From Antedon mediterranea (taxonomy: Eukaryota > Animalia > Echinodermata), in NCBI RefSeq assembly GCF_964355755.1, contig NC_092672.1:5084001-5148000 (forward strand): a stretch of 64,000 nucleotides of DNA. The letters are read 5' to 3'. The first letter of the stretch is position 1; the number at the start of each line of letters is the position of its first letter. The translations under genes were made by a program, and so were the position numbers. Positions 13,101-26,700 of this stretch are shown piece by piece. The notes under the pieces were generated by a model that worked only from the letters and a program-made list of their open reading frames with translations, had not been told where the DNA came from and ran no database searches.

Positions 13101-15991
13101 ATTTTAAGTTGACTAGGTAATAAAGTCAATATTCCAATAAGTATAGCAGTAAGAATTTACCTAGTCATCTAAACATTTACCTAGTCAATTTTAAGTTGAC
13201 TAGGTAATAAAGTCAATATTCCAATAAGTATAGCAGAAAGAATTTACCTAGTCAACTAAACATTTACCTAGTAAATTTTCAGTTGACTAGGTAATAAAGT
13301 CAATATCCCAATAACAGTAAGAAGGATAATTAATTTAAATCCTGCATTATCCTATTGCACTTTCAGAATCATTTATCTCTATAAAACTAAGTAGCAAATG
13401 TTTTAGTACTGTAATGCTTCTTAGAATTATAATTCATAGTAGTCTGTGCATCTATAGCTTGTGCATTTATTAATGCGGTACAGTAAATTAAACTGTATTG
13501 ATAGATTGTATGCATTATGGTGTAGGGTATAAACATATTGTTCACTGCAAGCAATTGTAGACGGTTTCTGTCAACGTAATTTTCTTTTGTGTTATATTCG
13601 TTCAACATCAGCAACAACAAAATAGTTTGTAATTGTTTTGCATGTTGTAAATAAAACTAAAACAACGGTAAAGAAAGTTAATAAACACCATATATTATTC
13701 CTATTTAGATCGTTTGGTGATTTAAAGTGTTTTACCAAAGATAATTAAATTTTTCAATAATATTCATTTCTGTCCTAAATTCATTTCTACCTTTTATAAA
13801 ACAAAAAAATGCCAAAACATATCGCTTAGTTTTGAAAAATATTGTGCCCTAAAGGCTTTAAACTGTTGACTGAAAATAAGAGTATAAGGGTATATTGCTA
13901 GTAACTATAAACTGTGTATATACAATACCAAACAGAATTTTATACATATTGATGTGATATTTTCACCATGTATAATACCTTTTTTTAAATGTTTTTTTAG
14001 GAGGCCCATCTGGACCTCACTCTGCACTTGGAGGACCTCACCCAAGTGGTTTTATTGCTCAGAGTGCTGGACAACTTGGGATGCCTCCATTTCCAAGACC
14101 TCAGAGCTATGGGCCTATTGGCACTCCAGTACTACCTAGGAACGGCTTAGGTAAGCGAGGTAAAAACATAACAATTTATTTCAATATATAAATCATGTAT
14201 CATCAAAGTTTTAGTAATTTGTCACAAAAGAAAATGTTAATTATTGCATAATTAATAGAATCGATAAAAACATAATTCTTTTTTATTAAAATTAGGTGTA
14301 AAAACACAAAGAAACATTCAACTAGAAAATTAACCACAACATCTTCTACAATCACAACCTAAAATTGTACTGTTTTGGCTTGAAAATGTCCCCTTCTACT
14401 GTAGTTGGACTTTTAATCTGCTTTATGAATACCTAAATATAAATCTTCTTCTTTCTGTAGGTAATGGTATTACAGGGTCTATGTTTAATGGTCGAGATAT
14501 GCTTGGCCTACATGGTAATCATTTACCTTACAATCGGCTGCATCGTACACCTCCTGGCTTTCCTACCCCACCGCCTCCTTCAGGCTGGCCAAAGCCAGAT
14601 TCTAAAGATCCTTTATCCAGAATCGAAATGGAGAGGGAACGTAAAGAAGAGGAAGCTCGTAAGGAAAGAGAGAGGGAACGAGTAAAAGAAAGTTTAGATC
14701 AAGATAAAGAAAGGTTAGATTTTACTTTTGTGTATTTGTTTTGAATTAAGACAGCCTACACTAAACAGTAAGTTACATGATCAAATGGACCTCCTTCAGT
14801 AAAGACAGCAAGAAGTGGCAAATTCTGAGTTGTAAAAGGCTTGTAGCAGCAAAAAATGCTGACATGGATTTTGCATCCTCATCCCTCTTTCTATTCATTT
14901 ATCCTGATGATTTTAACAAATTTACTGTTTTCTTTTTTCATAGACCTGGAGAAAGACCAGGTAAATCTTCTACAAGTCCAGATCGTTGGAATAATGACAA
15001 TAAAAAAGAAGAAAAAGACCGACATATGGACGGTCGGGAGAAAAACATTGATAGGGATGGAGAACATTCTAAGGACTTAATTCCTAAATTAAATGATCAT
15101 AGGACTCGTGAGGGATCAAGGTCCCCTAGCACACATCATATGCATCGACGAGATATTAAAGAAAGTGCTTTTGATAGCGTCGGACATTGTTTAACAAATA
15201 AGGAGGAACGGAGGGAATATGATGTAGCTAAAGAAAGGTCAATAGACCAGCTACACAGAGACCCATTACACCCTGGTATTGCAGCGGTGGGCTCCATGTT
15301 TGAAAGACGGGGCTTAGGAATATTCCCTCCCAGCTATGCCATTGAGAGGCCACCTCCAGGTATTCCCATGATGCCGTGGGATGCCAGAGATAATTATATT
15401 CGTAGTAGACAAGAGAGCTTTCAAAGAGAACATGCATTCCGACAAGAATACGAGCGTGACCGTATGTTACGCAGCGCAGCGGCCGCAGCCGCTGCCTCAG
15501 GCCAACCAATGGGACCAATTATTGAACAAGAACGATTTAGAGACCGTGAACCGCATGATTTTACTAGAGATAATCCTTTAGCGGTCGATTCTTATCGTAG
15601 TAGAATAGAACAGGAAAGATTACACGTTCACCAGCGATTGCTAGAGGAACGTGTTTTACGTGAGGAGGCTGAGAGGAATCGAATGCTGCAAGTTGCTCAT
15701 GAGCACGGACAAATGATGATTCCCTCTCACCCTGCTCTACCGCCATCGTTGCATAACAGTTTACCTTATTCCAGGTCTAGTAACTTTTTCCAAAATTCAA
15801 TTATGCTAAAAGCATCACAGCCACCGCCGCTTGTTCCTACCGCAAGTATAAATAGTACATTTGGTTCAAGCCAACGTAGCAGAGGTCCATCTCCCAGTAC
15901 TCTTCAACCAAACGGTCGCAATAACTCGCCATTGGATAGCTTAGCCTCCAAAGAAAAAGCACTATCTGAAAAGGATGCACACAGTCGATAG
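4112..15991 (+). CDS. AUTS2: AUTS2/FBRSL1 (Tay-bridge) family protein, 3' part; exons 4112-4445, 6378-6616, 8590-8643, 9447-9652, 10877-10975, 12024-12089, 12344-12461, 14001-14150, 14461-14713, 14944-15991; 5' exons lie upstream of the window
   Basis: Phase-consistent AG/GT exons. Motifs [13 protein letters not shown]...[63 protein letters not shown] and RDREPHDF match the conserved AUTS2 blocks ([62 protein letters not shown]). Confidence 0.92.
6152..6370. repeat. Diverged ~110-bp tandem duplication just upstream of an AUTS2 splice acceptor
   Basis: Two copies of atatctc(a/g)ttgactaaa...tgaaattcttcattgatgtttcat(c/t)tgatcacaac..tgttgccaaatc..ttt.tactttaaaccgt..atgttttaaa. Confidence 0.85.
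7023..7139 (+). pseudogene. 5S rRNA-derived sequence (diverged 5S pseudogene or head of a 5S-derived SINE3)
   Basis: tacgactttaccacgttgaaacaccggttctcgtcagatcaccaaagttaagcaacgttgggcctggttagagcttggatgggagaccatctgggaattgcgggtgctgta aligns by eye to metazoan 5S rRNA, with box A (agttaagc) and box C (tggatgggagacc). There are several substitutions and no oligo-T terminator directly after it. Confidence 0.88.
11064..11200 (+). mobile_element. tRNA-derived SINE, family A
   Basis: agtggagctgtagcttg...catgcttgccttccaatcccaaggtccggggttt is a tRNA-like head with A/B boxes. A homologous copy is on the - strand at 56855-56989. Confidence 0.75.
12829..13313. repeat. 87-bp minisatellite (~5.5 units) with an internal palindrome
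   Basis: ttgactaggtaataaag recurs at 12848, 12935, 13022, 13109, 13196 and 13283. Each unit holds a tacctagtcaa-N7-ttgactaggta stem (one mismatch in some units). Confidence 0.95.
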
Positions 15992-18900
15992 AAGCAGAAC
16001 AAACAATTGGTGTTTTTCAAACCAGGTCAAACTGGTTTCGACAGGATTGAACTGGAATGCATTAGAATCTCCAACATCTTTGACCAGTGTAATATGTCAT
16101 GCATAAACAGAAGCAGTATGAATCTGTGAAAAATAACCAGAGGATGTGTCATGTTGCCTGTTCTTATCATCTGTGTTTTACTCCTTTATATGCTCTAGTA
16201 AGAAACACAAAACACAATTTATAAGGCAAGTTTTATCGAGTGTTTTTCAGCGATATATCTCAGCATTGTTTACAAAATACCCTTTTTGCATCAGCTTAGC
16301 TAATCAGCCTGTTAATAAGCGAAAACATTTTGTCAGGAATATTTATCAGCAATGTTAATTGAAGGAATATTTATTGAGCAACTTTTATGTGGGAGATATT
16401 TAAGCGAGACATATTTATGCGAGTATTTACAAGTGAACGTTAACGTGAGGAACACTTTACGCCTGCTGGTTTTCTATGTTTTTAAAAATCCTGGAATTAA
16501 TGTGTGCGACTTGTGCGTCTACTCGACGAGAGGCTGAACTCATGGGCTTACAAAGTACGCCATGAGAATGGTTAGGATTTGCTTGTTATATGGACAATTG
16601 TATAGATATCCAGTGCAATTTTAAAATGTGATTTGTGTTTGTTATATTTGTTTATGTATGGTTTCAATTAATACTGTTAGTGTTATCAATTCTATAAATT
16701 CCATGCAAATTTGTTGGGGGATATGTTCATATGTTTAATGTATTGGTAGCTTAACTATCAATAAAACACTTAAAATAAATTCCTGCTGCTTTTTAATTGT
16801 TTACAAAATATGCCTGTGTACTGAAATCCTTTCTGAAAATAATAATAATAATAATACAGTACGCATGTTAAGCTACAATTAATTATTTAGTGTGAACATG
16901 CACTTGATTTTTATCGTGATGGGTTTATTAAACAGGTAAAAAAAATTCTGTTGCGAAACCTTGTGTAACAGGAGCCCTCTATTGGCAATGTGTTGTCACT
17001 TGTTTACAGACCAATAAGAATAGAAAATCTAGCTACAGTATCTTCATCCGCTAAGAATTTTTTTATTTGTTTTAATTCAAATTTATAGTAACCTATTCAT
17101 TAAAACTTATATTTATATGAAATTATGTAAAATATGAACATTTTAATAACATCCATGCCTCCAATAATGAACTTAATAATGCGTGTTGATGGTCTAAATT
17201 ACCAATTAAGTTATAAAAACATGAATTGTTTTAGAAAATTATACATATCATTGGAAAATAAATGTATTAAAAATTATATTTGCCCTATAACGTACTTGAA
17301 TCAAAATTTTAAATTGAGTCCTTAATTCTAAAAACCTTGTAAATCTCAGAATTGATATTTTTATATCTGAAATTTTAATTTAGAATAACTGATAGATTTT
17401 TTAAAGGTAATTTTATATTAATATTTAATATTATGTTATAATTTTACTGTTTGAACTTTGACATTGTTGTAAATCATGACAACGCAAATTAGTAATTGAA
17501 ACCTAAAGATTGTTGGGTGACAATTTTGTGGTGGATGAAAATCTACTATAGTTTAAATATACTATTGTTTTACAGTATTTGTTTTTTTTTTATTAAATTA
17601 AAAGTAAAAGAAACGTTTCCCATCATACTATTGAAAAATAATGCAATTTCACATTTCCCATCATGCCTTTGAATAGTTCATCTAATTGATATTTTGGCAC
17701 ACATGGAGTTTCATACCTATTAAATCACCATCCAGTTTACTGACAACAAAATCGAAACACCAACTAAAATACTAACATAAAAAAGATGATTACTAGATAA
17801 TTTGGGCAAGTCAATGTAATGTTAAAAATAAAAGCTAATGTTTTAATAAAAATATTTTGCTTGCTATTAAATTTATAGAAGAATTTATATGTTATATTAT
17901 GAACCAAATACATCCCTCAAAACAGTTATTATATTCTTGAGTTGTCTGTAGGCCTATGATGTCCAGTTCTTCAATAGATCATTAGAACCAAAATTTACTT
18001 TACTTCCTTTTCATTTTCTGAATGTGTACTTTTGAATTTATTGATTATATCATCACTTGGTTTTGGTATAAAGTTACATGCTATTCTAGGTTCAAGACTA
18101 TGATTATTTTGGCACACACAGCGTGTCATAACTATAGCTGGAATCTAATTTCCCTACATAAAACGAATTGACAAACAAGGTTTAATACTGTAAATGCACT
18201 TGTTTTTTTTGTACATTTTATTGTCAACTTTCTATATTTTATTTCTAATGGATCGTTATTTCTGTATATTTTGGAAACTCTTTTTATGTTAATATATGTT
18301 TATGTTGGTTATTTTTTGTTTGGTTTTCTAAAGATTTCTGTATTTATATAACAAAGTAGAACTACAGATCAGCTGAACTCTGCTCCATGCTGGCTTAACT
18401 CATGTGTATGTGAACACAACACACATATAACAACCAATTCAACTATAGCAAATATTGTAATTTCTTTAGTTGATTAAATAACAATATTATTTATTTCAAC
18501 TTCAATTAAAAGGAACTAGATTCCTGTTGTGCCTGTCACATATTTTCATGATCTATTATTAATGTGTTTATCTCTTTCTAGCAACATTTTGATAACAACC
18601 AATTTATCTAGGCCTAGTTTGATTAATGGTGCTACAACAAAAAATAATAGGGTTTCAAACTGAAAAGTTTTTAAACTAATATGGTAACGTGAAGTAATAA
18701 TCATGAAAAAATGAATTACAGTAGGACTCTATTAAGGGGACATCTTCAAATTTGCCCTTAATAGGAGTTCCCCTTAATTAGGAGTTGGCCATTGTGTTAT
18801 AAATATAATATTGTCTCATTTGTTTCATGAGAAAGTGACCCCCTCAAAGGTGGTGTAACATTTCCTTGGTGCATTATAAGCTTAATACACTATGTATATC

Positions 18901-20039
18901 GTCCTCTATGTCAAACTTTATACAGTATATTGCCCTCAAACTTTTTCAGTTTATGGTTCTGCTAATAAACATTAAATTCTAGTTCTTGTTTTTTTTCAAT
19001 GAATTAAAAATGGTGCACTAATTGTTTAAATAGTTATAATACCTAACTATGAATGATGCTTACTGGTTTAAATTGTTTTGTTCTCAACATTTGGTATACT
19101 ATTTACTGGGCTTGGAAACATTACCATAAGTAACTGTTAACAGCACACATATTATTTAAATACTAAAATGATATCTAGAATTCCAAATAAATATTATTGC
19201 ATTCTAATATTTAGTTAAACGTGTATTGTCAAAAACAGATTTCAAAATTCAATAATTACTCGTTTTGTTTTAATGAATTTTTTGTATGTTCAAGATAAAT
19301 AATTGACTTGAGCAATTTATATGTTTATAAATTTTATATTTTAAATTGAATGATTTTATGTTTACTAAAAAAAATGTCCTTATAGGCAAACCATCGTTAT
19401 GGTATTGTATTTAAAGACTTGTTTTATGGTGCAATTGTCCAGAACAATGAGCACTCTTTTAAAAAGGTGATTTGATGATAGATGTATTTGTATAAGAAAA
19501 TGTTTTGTATATTTTAAATCCAAAAGATTGGATACTCTTAGTGAAGACATAATATTGTAAAAGAATAGATCCTTGAAATGAAGAGACAAAATATTGTAAA
19601 AGAAAGGATCCGCCAAACGAAGATACATAATATTGTAAAGATGTGTAAATTTATAAATGTACAATTTTATTGAAAATAATTTGTAGAAGTGCTTCAGTGA
19701 GTTGCACTCACTGAAACTAGTATATTGATAAGACCATGTCTGCTGTGTAGACAGACAAGGTTGTATTTTATGTATTTGAAATGTCGGTTGGAAAAAAAAC
19801 CCTCAGCTGCTTTTGTAGAGAGTAAAAGTACAATGAGTACGGTCCACTCATCATAGTTTGACTCTATTTGCTATTTGGACATTACATCATCAGAGATGAC
19901 AAATCAGAGTTTGTTATTCTTTATTTTGAGTTTGACGATACGCCATCCCATTATATTGGAGTAATATAGTATACAGGATACTGCCTACAAAGGTTTTATA
20001 AAAAAATAGCCATTAAAAAATAAAAAGGTACAAATTTGG

Positions 20040-21362
20040 ACATATATGGCAATATTATCGCGTAATTATTTAATTTTATAAAGTGGATATTTTGGCCGTT
20101 TTTCGGGAAAATCCCTGTACTATACTGCCCTGTCATGAAAGAACGACTCAACTGACACATTTTTCAAAAATCACTTGTTTAGCTTTTTGGACTATTTAGG
20201 GAATGATACACCTTGTGGAATATTCAGATATTCAGAATTTTAACTAGAAATATGAAATTTAAAAATCAAAATACCACTCAATTACAAGTGTGTGTTACTA
20301 TTGTCACCAAAGACTAACTCAACTACAAATGCCATGAAAGACTCACTCAAATGACATATTAACCCCTATTATGCCATTTAAAAAAAATTTCCTTGTACAG
20401 TACTATAGTACAGGGATTTTTTCCAAAAAATTGCCAATTTTCGACCCTTTTATTTTTTGACATAAATGGTTACTATAGCATAATAAACATGTGCAGAGTC
20501 GAATAATGGGTTCTGCGCATGTCAATTGTGCTATAGTAACCATTTATGTCAAATATGGTTATGATAGCACAATTGACATGTGCAGAACCCATTATTCGAC
20601 TGCGCATGTTTATTATGCAATAGTAACCATTTATGTCAAAAAATAAAAGGGTCGAAAATCGGCCATTTTTCAAAAATTTCCATGTACTATAGTACAGGGA
20701 TTTTTCAAAAAATGGCAAATTTTCGACCTTTTTATTTTTCGATAAAACTGGTTACTATAGCACAATTGACATGCGCAGAACGCATTATTCGCCTCTGCGC
20801 ATGTTTATTTTTATGTCAAAAGTAATCACTTTTGACATAAATATTTATTTTTCGATAAAACTGGGGCAATATAGCACAGGAAAATTTTCTAAAAATGGCC
20901 AAATTTCAACCCTTTTATTTTTGGACATAACTAGTTACTATCTATAAGAGGATGGTAACACAATATATATATGCACATATATGGCAATATTTTCAGATAG
21001 AATTTTAAAAGTTAATACTTTGGCAACTTTCGAAAAAAATCCCTATAGGCAACTATAGTACAGGAAAATTTTATTTTTGGACATAACTAGTTACTATGAC
21101 TCTATAAGAGGATAATAACATAATATCTGCGCATCTATGGCAATATTATCGCATAATTATTGAATTTTAAAATGTGAATATTTTGGCCATTTTCTAAAAA
21201 ATCCCTGTACAGAAAAATTTTCGAAAAATTGCCAAATTTCAACCCTTTTATTTTTGGACATAACTAGTTACTATGACTCTATAAGAGGATGATAACATAA
21301 TATATGCGCATCTATGGCAATATTATCGCATAATTATTGAATTTTAAAAAGTGGATATTTTG
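20040..21362. repeat. Complex foldback/tandem repeat containing a ~300-bp near-perfect inverted repeat (about 20400-20695)
   Basis: The arm tactatagtacagggatttt...ttttcgacccttttattttttgacataaatggttactat...gtcgaataatgggttctgc.catgtcaattgtgctat is mirrored on the opposite strand. Further direct copies of tttttggacataactagttactat follow at 20915-21280. Confidence 0.85.
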
Positions 21363-23709
21363 GCTATGATTTTGGGAAAAAAATGTCCACATAATTCAAT
21401 GTTTACATACAATGTTGGACAAAAACAGGACTGAGATAGGATTGCAATGTCTGTACACTATACAAAATAATACCACTGGATTTATATTTTTACACAAAAC
21501 AAAAATGAGTTTTAATTTTAGCAACTGTATGCTTCCTTGGTCAAGAAAAAAAGGTTTCATAATAATCAATAATATTCAATAGCAATTAATATTTACATTT
21601 CTATCAATAAGATCTCTATACATTTAAAGTTTATTTTGTAATTCACACAAAGATGAAAACGAATTGCTGCGGATATTTACAATTTACAGACTTTGAAAAA
21701 AACTTCATGAAACAAAAGTATTGTTGTTGCACAAACAATAATAAAGGTTATTTCTGATGGCCTCTAAATTTCATTGAGCGCACTCTTCCAATACCAGACA
21801 CTCTGAAAATTAGAAACTCTCCAAAATACAGGTCCAAAGGTGTGACTATTTTTTACCATTCAAAGTACTTTAAAAATATGTATATTTTTGGAAAACTAAA
21901 CACATTAGGCCAACCTGCAGCCAGCCCAAGGATTTCTGGTATTGGGAGAGAAGACTGTGTCTATAACCGTGTGTAGCAACAGCCGTCACACATCATTTAA
22001 ACTGCATCACCCTGTTCTATTTAAACCTTCAACCCTAATTACACTAAAAATGGCAGGTTCAATCAAAACCATAGTAAAATAATAGATAAATAGTCCTGTT
22101 AACACTTGATAAAAACAAGGCAATCTAACAACAGGACATTGAGCTCGCCTTGCCAAGATAGGAACTCAGTCCTTTGATCTTATGTCTGGCTGCGACAAAT
22201 ACTAACACTAAAACTAAATACTGTGGCGTGGAACAGATCGTGTAGCAGCCACAGATAAACCAATTGATCTCCGTAGCTCAGCATCTTGTTGTTTGATTGC
22301 CTTGGTACAATGAACCAACATGTGCGTTATTTTTGTTCAAAGAAAATTTCAGCATGAATGCAGCATTAAAGCAGATTATTATTAAGTCTTATATATTATA
22401 TTTTTTCTATCCATTATTTCTTTGATAATTTTTATTGACCCTGACTGAACATGATTGATCGCAAACAAGACATTTCTTGTCTTAAATGGCAGTAAATAGC
22501 TTTTATCGTATAGATATTACACAAATTCTATAAATTATAAATTCTGTAGAATCTCTAAGACACCTTCAGTACAAAACAAAATGTCCTGTTAATATGGGTT
22601 TTCCCCTGAATAGACTGTATTGTCAAAATATATTGCCCATCGGAGTGTGTCTCTTTAATTTATAAGTAAGAGTGTCCATTACGACGTTGTTCTACTGTAG
22701 TTATAGTAACATATTTCAGTGAAGTAAGTAATCAGAATAAATTTCTGTAATACCATTATTAAATTTATATATCTCCTCCAAGAAGCAAAGATTGCATAGC
22801 AGTGTGGCCACAGGAAACCAGATAAAAGCACAATTATAAAAGCACAATTGTAAAATACAAAATAGAACGCAAATCTATTCTGGAGTACCAGAATAAAATA
22901 AAAACACAAGCGTAGCCAAGAACTGTCTTCCAACTTGAGCAACTTAATACACCATGTATCCATGTGGGTACATGTTCTGGTCCTCTGGTGCACTCCTCCA
23001 ATAACACCTTGTTTTAAATGAAGGTCAGATTATAACAAAAAACAGTCATTTTTTAAACAAGTTACTCTCATGCACAAATTATTACTTAAACAAAAATGGT
23101 ATGGGAGTTTACCTGTACAGTATATCACTTTCTACCTATTCAGGTTCCTCCTGCAAAAGTTAAAAATAAAGTTTTAATAATCTAATTGCAGTCAATACTT
23201 CCAAAGATAGACACACTACACACAGTAAAATCTCTACACTTCAAGGGACACGTTCCTGTGAAACAACTAACAAGGGACACTAAGATGATTCAGGGGACAC
23301 TTATTTGGTCCTGAAGGTGTCCCTTAATAGGGGTTCTATCATAGTAGCAACGAATGTGGGATATAGTAAGAAGGGATACACGAAGTTGCATTCATCATGC
23401 GTATGAATCATTACATTGGTATATGCAAAATGAAAATTAAGGTACATAATTGGTAATGCAAACATTTGCTACCGAGTCAGAAAGTCATTCCACATGCCTA
23501 GACTGACAAAATGAATCTACTATGCACCGATACTTGGTAAGATCTGGTTAATGAATGTGTTAACATGCAACAAGACCAATGCAAGATCTTTACAACGAAA
23601 AAATGAATTTTACATTCAATGGATTAAACAAAAGTATTTTAAAAGTTCATTCGATGCATCAGCCAAGCAAAGCACAGGATATAAAATAGCAAACATATAA
23701 CATAAGGTA

Positions 23710-26700
23710 TTATACAATGTCAGTTGAGTCCGACTTGCCACTGCACGACCTTGATAACTTTGCGCAGACGTCCGTGACCTCATCCTCCTCATCATTTCGA
23801 AGTCTCTTTTTCTATAAAATAAATAATACAAAACCATTTTACTTAATAGGACCAATGCTGTTTAATTCCTCTTTAGCCATCCAGCTATGTTAAAACAGCA
23901 TTTTTTAAAGAAATAAAAATATTTCTTTGTAAGAACCAAATACCACTTTCTGTAATTTTCAGCCATGTATTCTCTACGTCACAATCAGGACTCAGGACTT
24001 AATTCATTATTGATTGTGCCGTCCATTGGACGGGTATATCGTTTTAATGTTAATTGACAAGTAGACATACCGGTGTGACATTAGGTGGTGGCATGCCATT
24101 TAAAGGTATACCCATCATAGATGCAGCGTGCGCTCTCATTTTACTGTCATCAAGCCATGGATGGTTTATAGCTTGTTTAATTGTAATTCTCCTCTTTGGA
24201 TCCACTGTCATTAGTTTCTTTATTAAATCAATTGCTGGAAAATACAATTGTTAAATTATCTAAGTAAGTAATATTTATTGCTTTCCAAGAACAGTTAAAC
24301 AGCATAACATATGAATGAAAATAAAATAATACAAACGTTAAACATGGAAGGCATGGGATAACCTTTTAAGCCCAAAAGGCTTGTTTCCAAAAGAAAAAAT
24401 ACAACAATGGATACAAAAAAAGATATATTTAATGTCTCTTTAATGTATGCCCACAGTTAAAAACCATTTTACTAACCCTTGCCAGAAGCTTTGTCTACTA
24501 TGGCATGGCAGCCAATGCTGTCAGTGACCCAATAAGGCTGCTTATGAAAGGAATACAGGGTTAAAGGTCACTAAACATACCTTCTTGTGATACTTTTGAC
24601 CAGTATTTAACTGGGAAGTTGTAGCTCCCTCTCGTTATTTGGTCATGGAGACTCATGGTCTTGATTTGGTCAGAGAATGGAGGGTAACCACCTAAGCTGT
24701 TAAAAATAAAATTAATAAAAGTTATTTAAATTATGAATATTGATTTAGTGTGAAGAAGTATGCTATTTTTTTCAAAATGTTCAATATTTGATGTTAAAGC
24801 TGAACATTTTGGTTGGCGGTTAGCAAGCTTTCTTTTCAATAAACAATTCCTTCGTTCGAGTACTGTCTGGTGCCATAAGTATTGTTTTCAAGAAAATAAA
24901 AATCCAATTTGAAAAACTTCGGAACCCCTCCTTTTAGAAACTTTCTTATGCAATAAATGAGGAGAAATATTTAACAACACAATCTATTCAGGGGACACTT
25001 TTTTGGTGCTTTATTGAGTTCTAATGTAATAACATGTTTATGTATATAAACATGTTTGTATGCACTAATAAGAAACCCTTAAAAACAACTAATTATAAAA
25101 CATAGTATACAGAAAGCTGAAAGAACATAATAACATAATACCATATAAATAAGATAACACCAAGACTCCACAAATCAACGGCTTTACTATAGCCTCCCAT
25201 ACCAGCCGTCTTCAATATTTCAGGAGCTAAATATGTCGGTGTTCCGCACATAGTCTTCATGAATGAGTTCTCACCGACAAATTTTGACAAACCAAAATCT
25301 GTCACCTTTATTAATGTGTATTCTTCGTCGGAGGTCAACAGGATGTTTTCAGGTTTCAGGTCACGGTGTGTGATACCTTTGTCGTGTAAGTATTTACAAG
25401 CTGAAACCATTTGAAAGAAGAGCAGTTTTGAAACTTCTTCATTTAGTCTTCCTCTGCTCGTTATCCTGTCAAACAATTCACCGCCCTCTACGAGTTCTAG
25501 CACAATAAACAGCACTTCTGGCGTGTCATACATCTCTTCTATTTTTATAATACATGGCTAAAAATAATTTTTAAAATTTAATTCATGTTATGTAGAGTTT
25601 TGGTTGAGGACATCTTTATACTCCTCCTCCTCCTTTGAGGCACCCCTATTAAGGGTCTTTCACACCCGTTCCGGCACAGGTTGCGGTCCGGCAAATCCAA
25701 TCAAATGTAAACATTTCATTTTTTACGTGGCTATGCGCATATCAATTGCCGCCTAGCGGAGCGTCATGAAAACAAAACTTTGGCGTTCAATTCACCGGAC
25801 CGGAACCGTGCCGGAACAGGTGTGAAAGGCCCTTTAAGGAGACACTATTTTGGGTTCTGAATGTTTCCCCTTAATAATAGGGTTTTTATTGTACAGTATA
25901 TGTTTAACACTACAACCAATTCATTTCAGGGGAAACTTTATTGGGTCCCTAAATAGAGGTTCTACTGTACATTACTATATATTAATTGAAATTGAACTTT
26001 AAAACAAATCCTTATACTTACATGGTTCAAGGCTTTTAAAATATTTACTTCGTCCATAACTTTATCTTGCATATCCTTAATAACAAATAAAATCCATATT
26101 ATTAGAGGCAAAAACTATCTGCTTTACACTATGAGGTTTATATACTAAATACTTCAAACCGGTACCTAAGAAGACAAATAAAGACTAATAATAAAACTTA
26201 CTTTAATTACTCTTCCTCCAATACTGAAAGTCTTTTTTTCAATAATTTTAACGGCAACACGCTTTGGCTGGCTTCCTTCATTCTCAAATGCAAGTCTCAC
26301 CTGACCACATGCTCCCCTAACAAAAACAATGTGAACAAGTATTGTATATACTGTAACTATGAAAATGTCATGTGACTTTCACATCACATCTCGGTATACA
26401 ATACACAGTAAACGGTCTGACAGCCTGAGACTAGTTAGTGCTGATAAAAAATGCTCAACCTTTGTAAATTTCACTCAGATACGTGACATTTTTATTTCTC
26501 TGAAACGGCCTAAAGCTCTCTCTACATTATCAAACTTGATGTGACAAAAAAAATGTGTTGTGCCCATATATGGACATGATGATATCACTACCATATTTGG
26601 GCACATCACACTTTTTTGTCAAACTTGTTTGATAGTATAGACAGAGCTTTAACTTCGATCAACATGTTTGTATGTCACATATTTAGGTCACATAGAGGTC

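Noticed and set aside
12829-13313. CRISPR-like array of palindromic repeats
   Set aside because: The sequences between the palindromes are near-identical rather than unique spacers, there are no cas genes, and the context is a eukaryotic intron.
14777-14943. N-terminal part of the 404-aa ORF as a standalone gene start
   Set aside because: Intronic read-through; the AUTS2 exon begins at the acceptor at 14944.
17600-18140. Possible snRNA-type promoter or ncRNA (Staf-like ttcccatcatgc; twice-repeated attttggcacaca..g.gt.tcata.ctat)
   Set aside because: No recognisable snRNA body downstream; the evidence is too weak.
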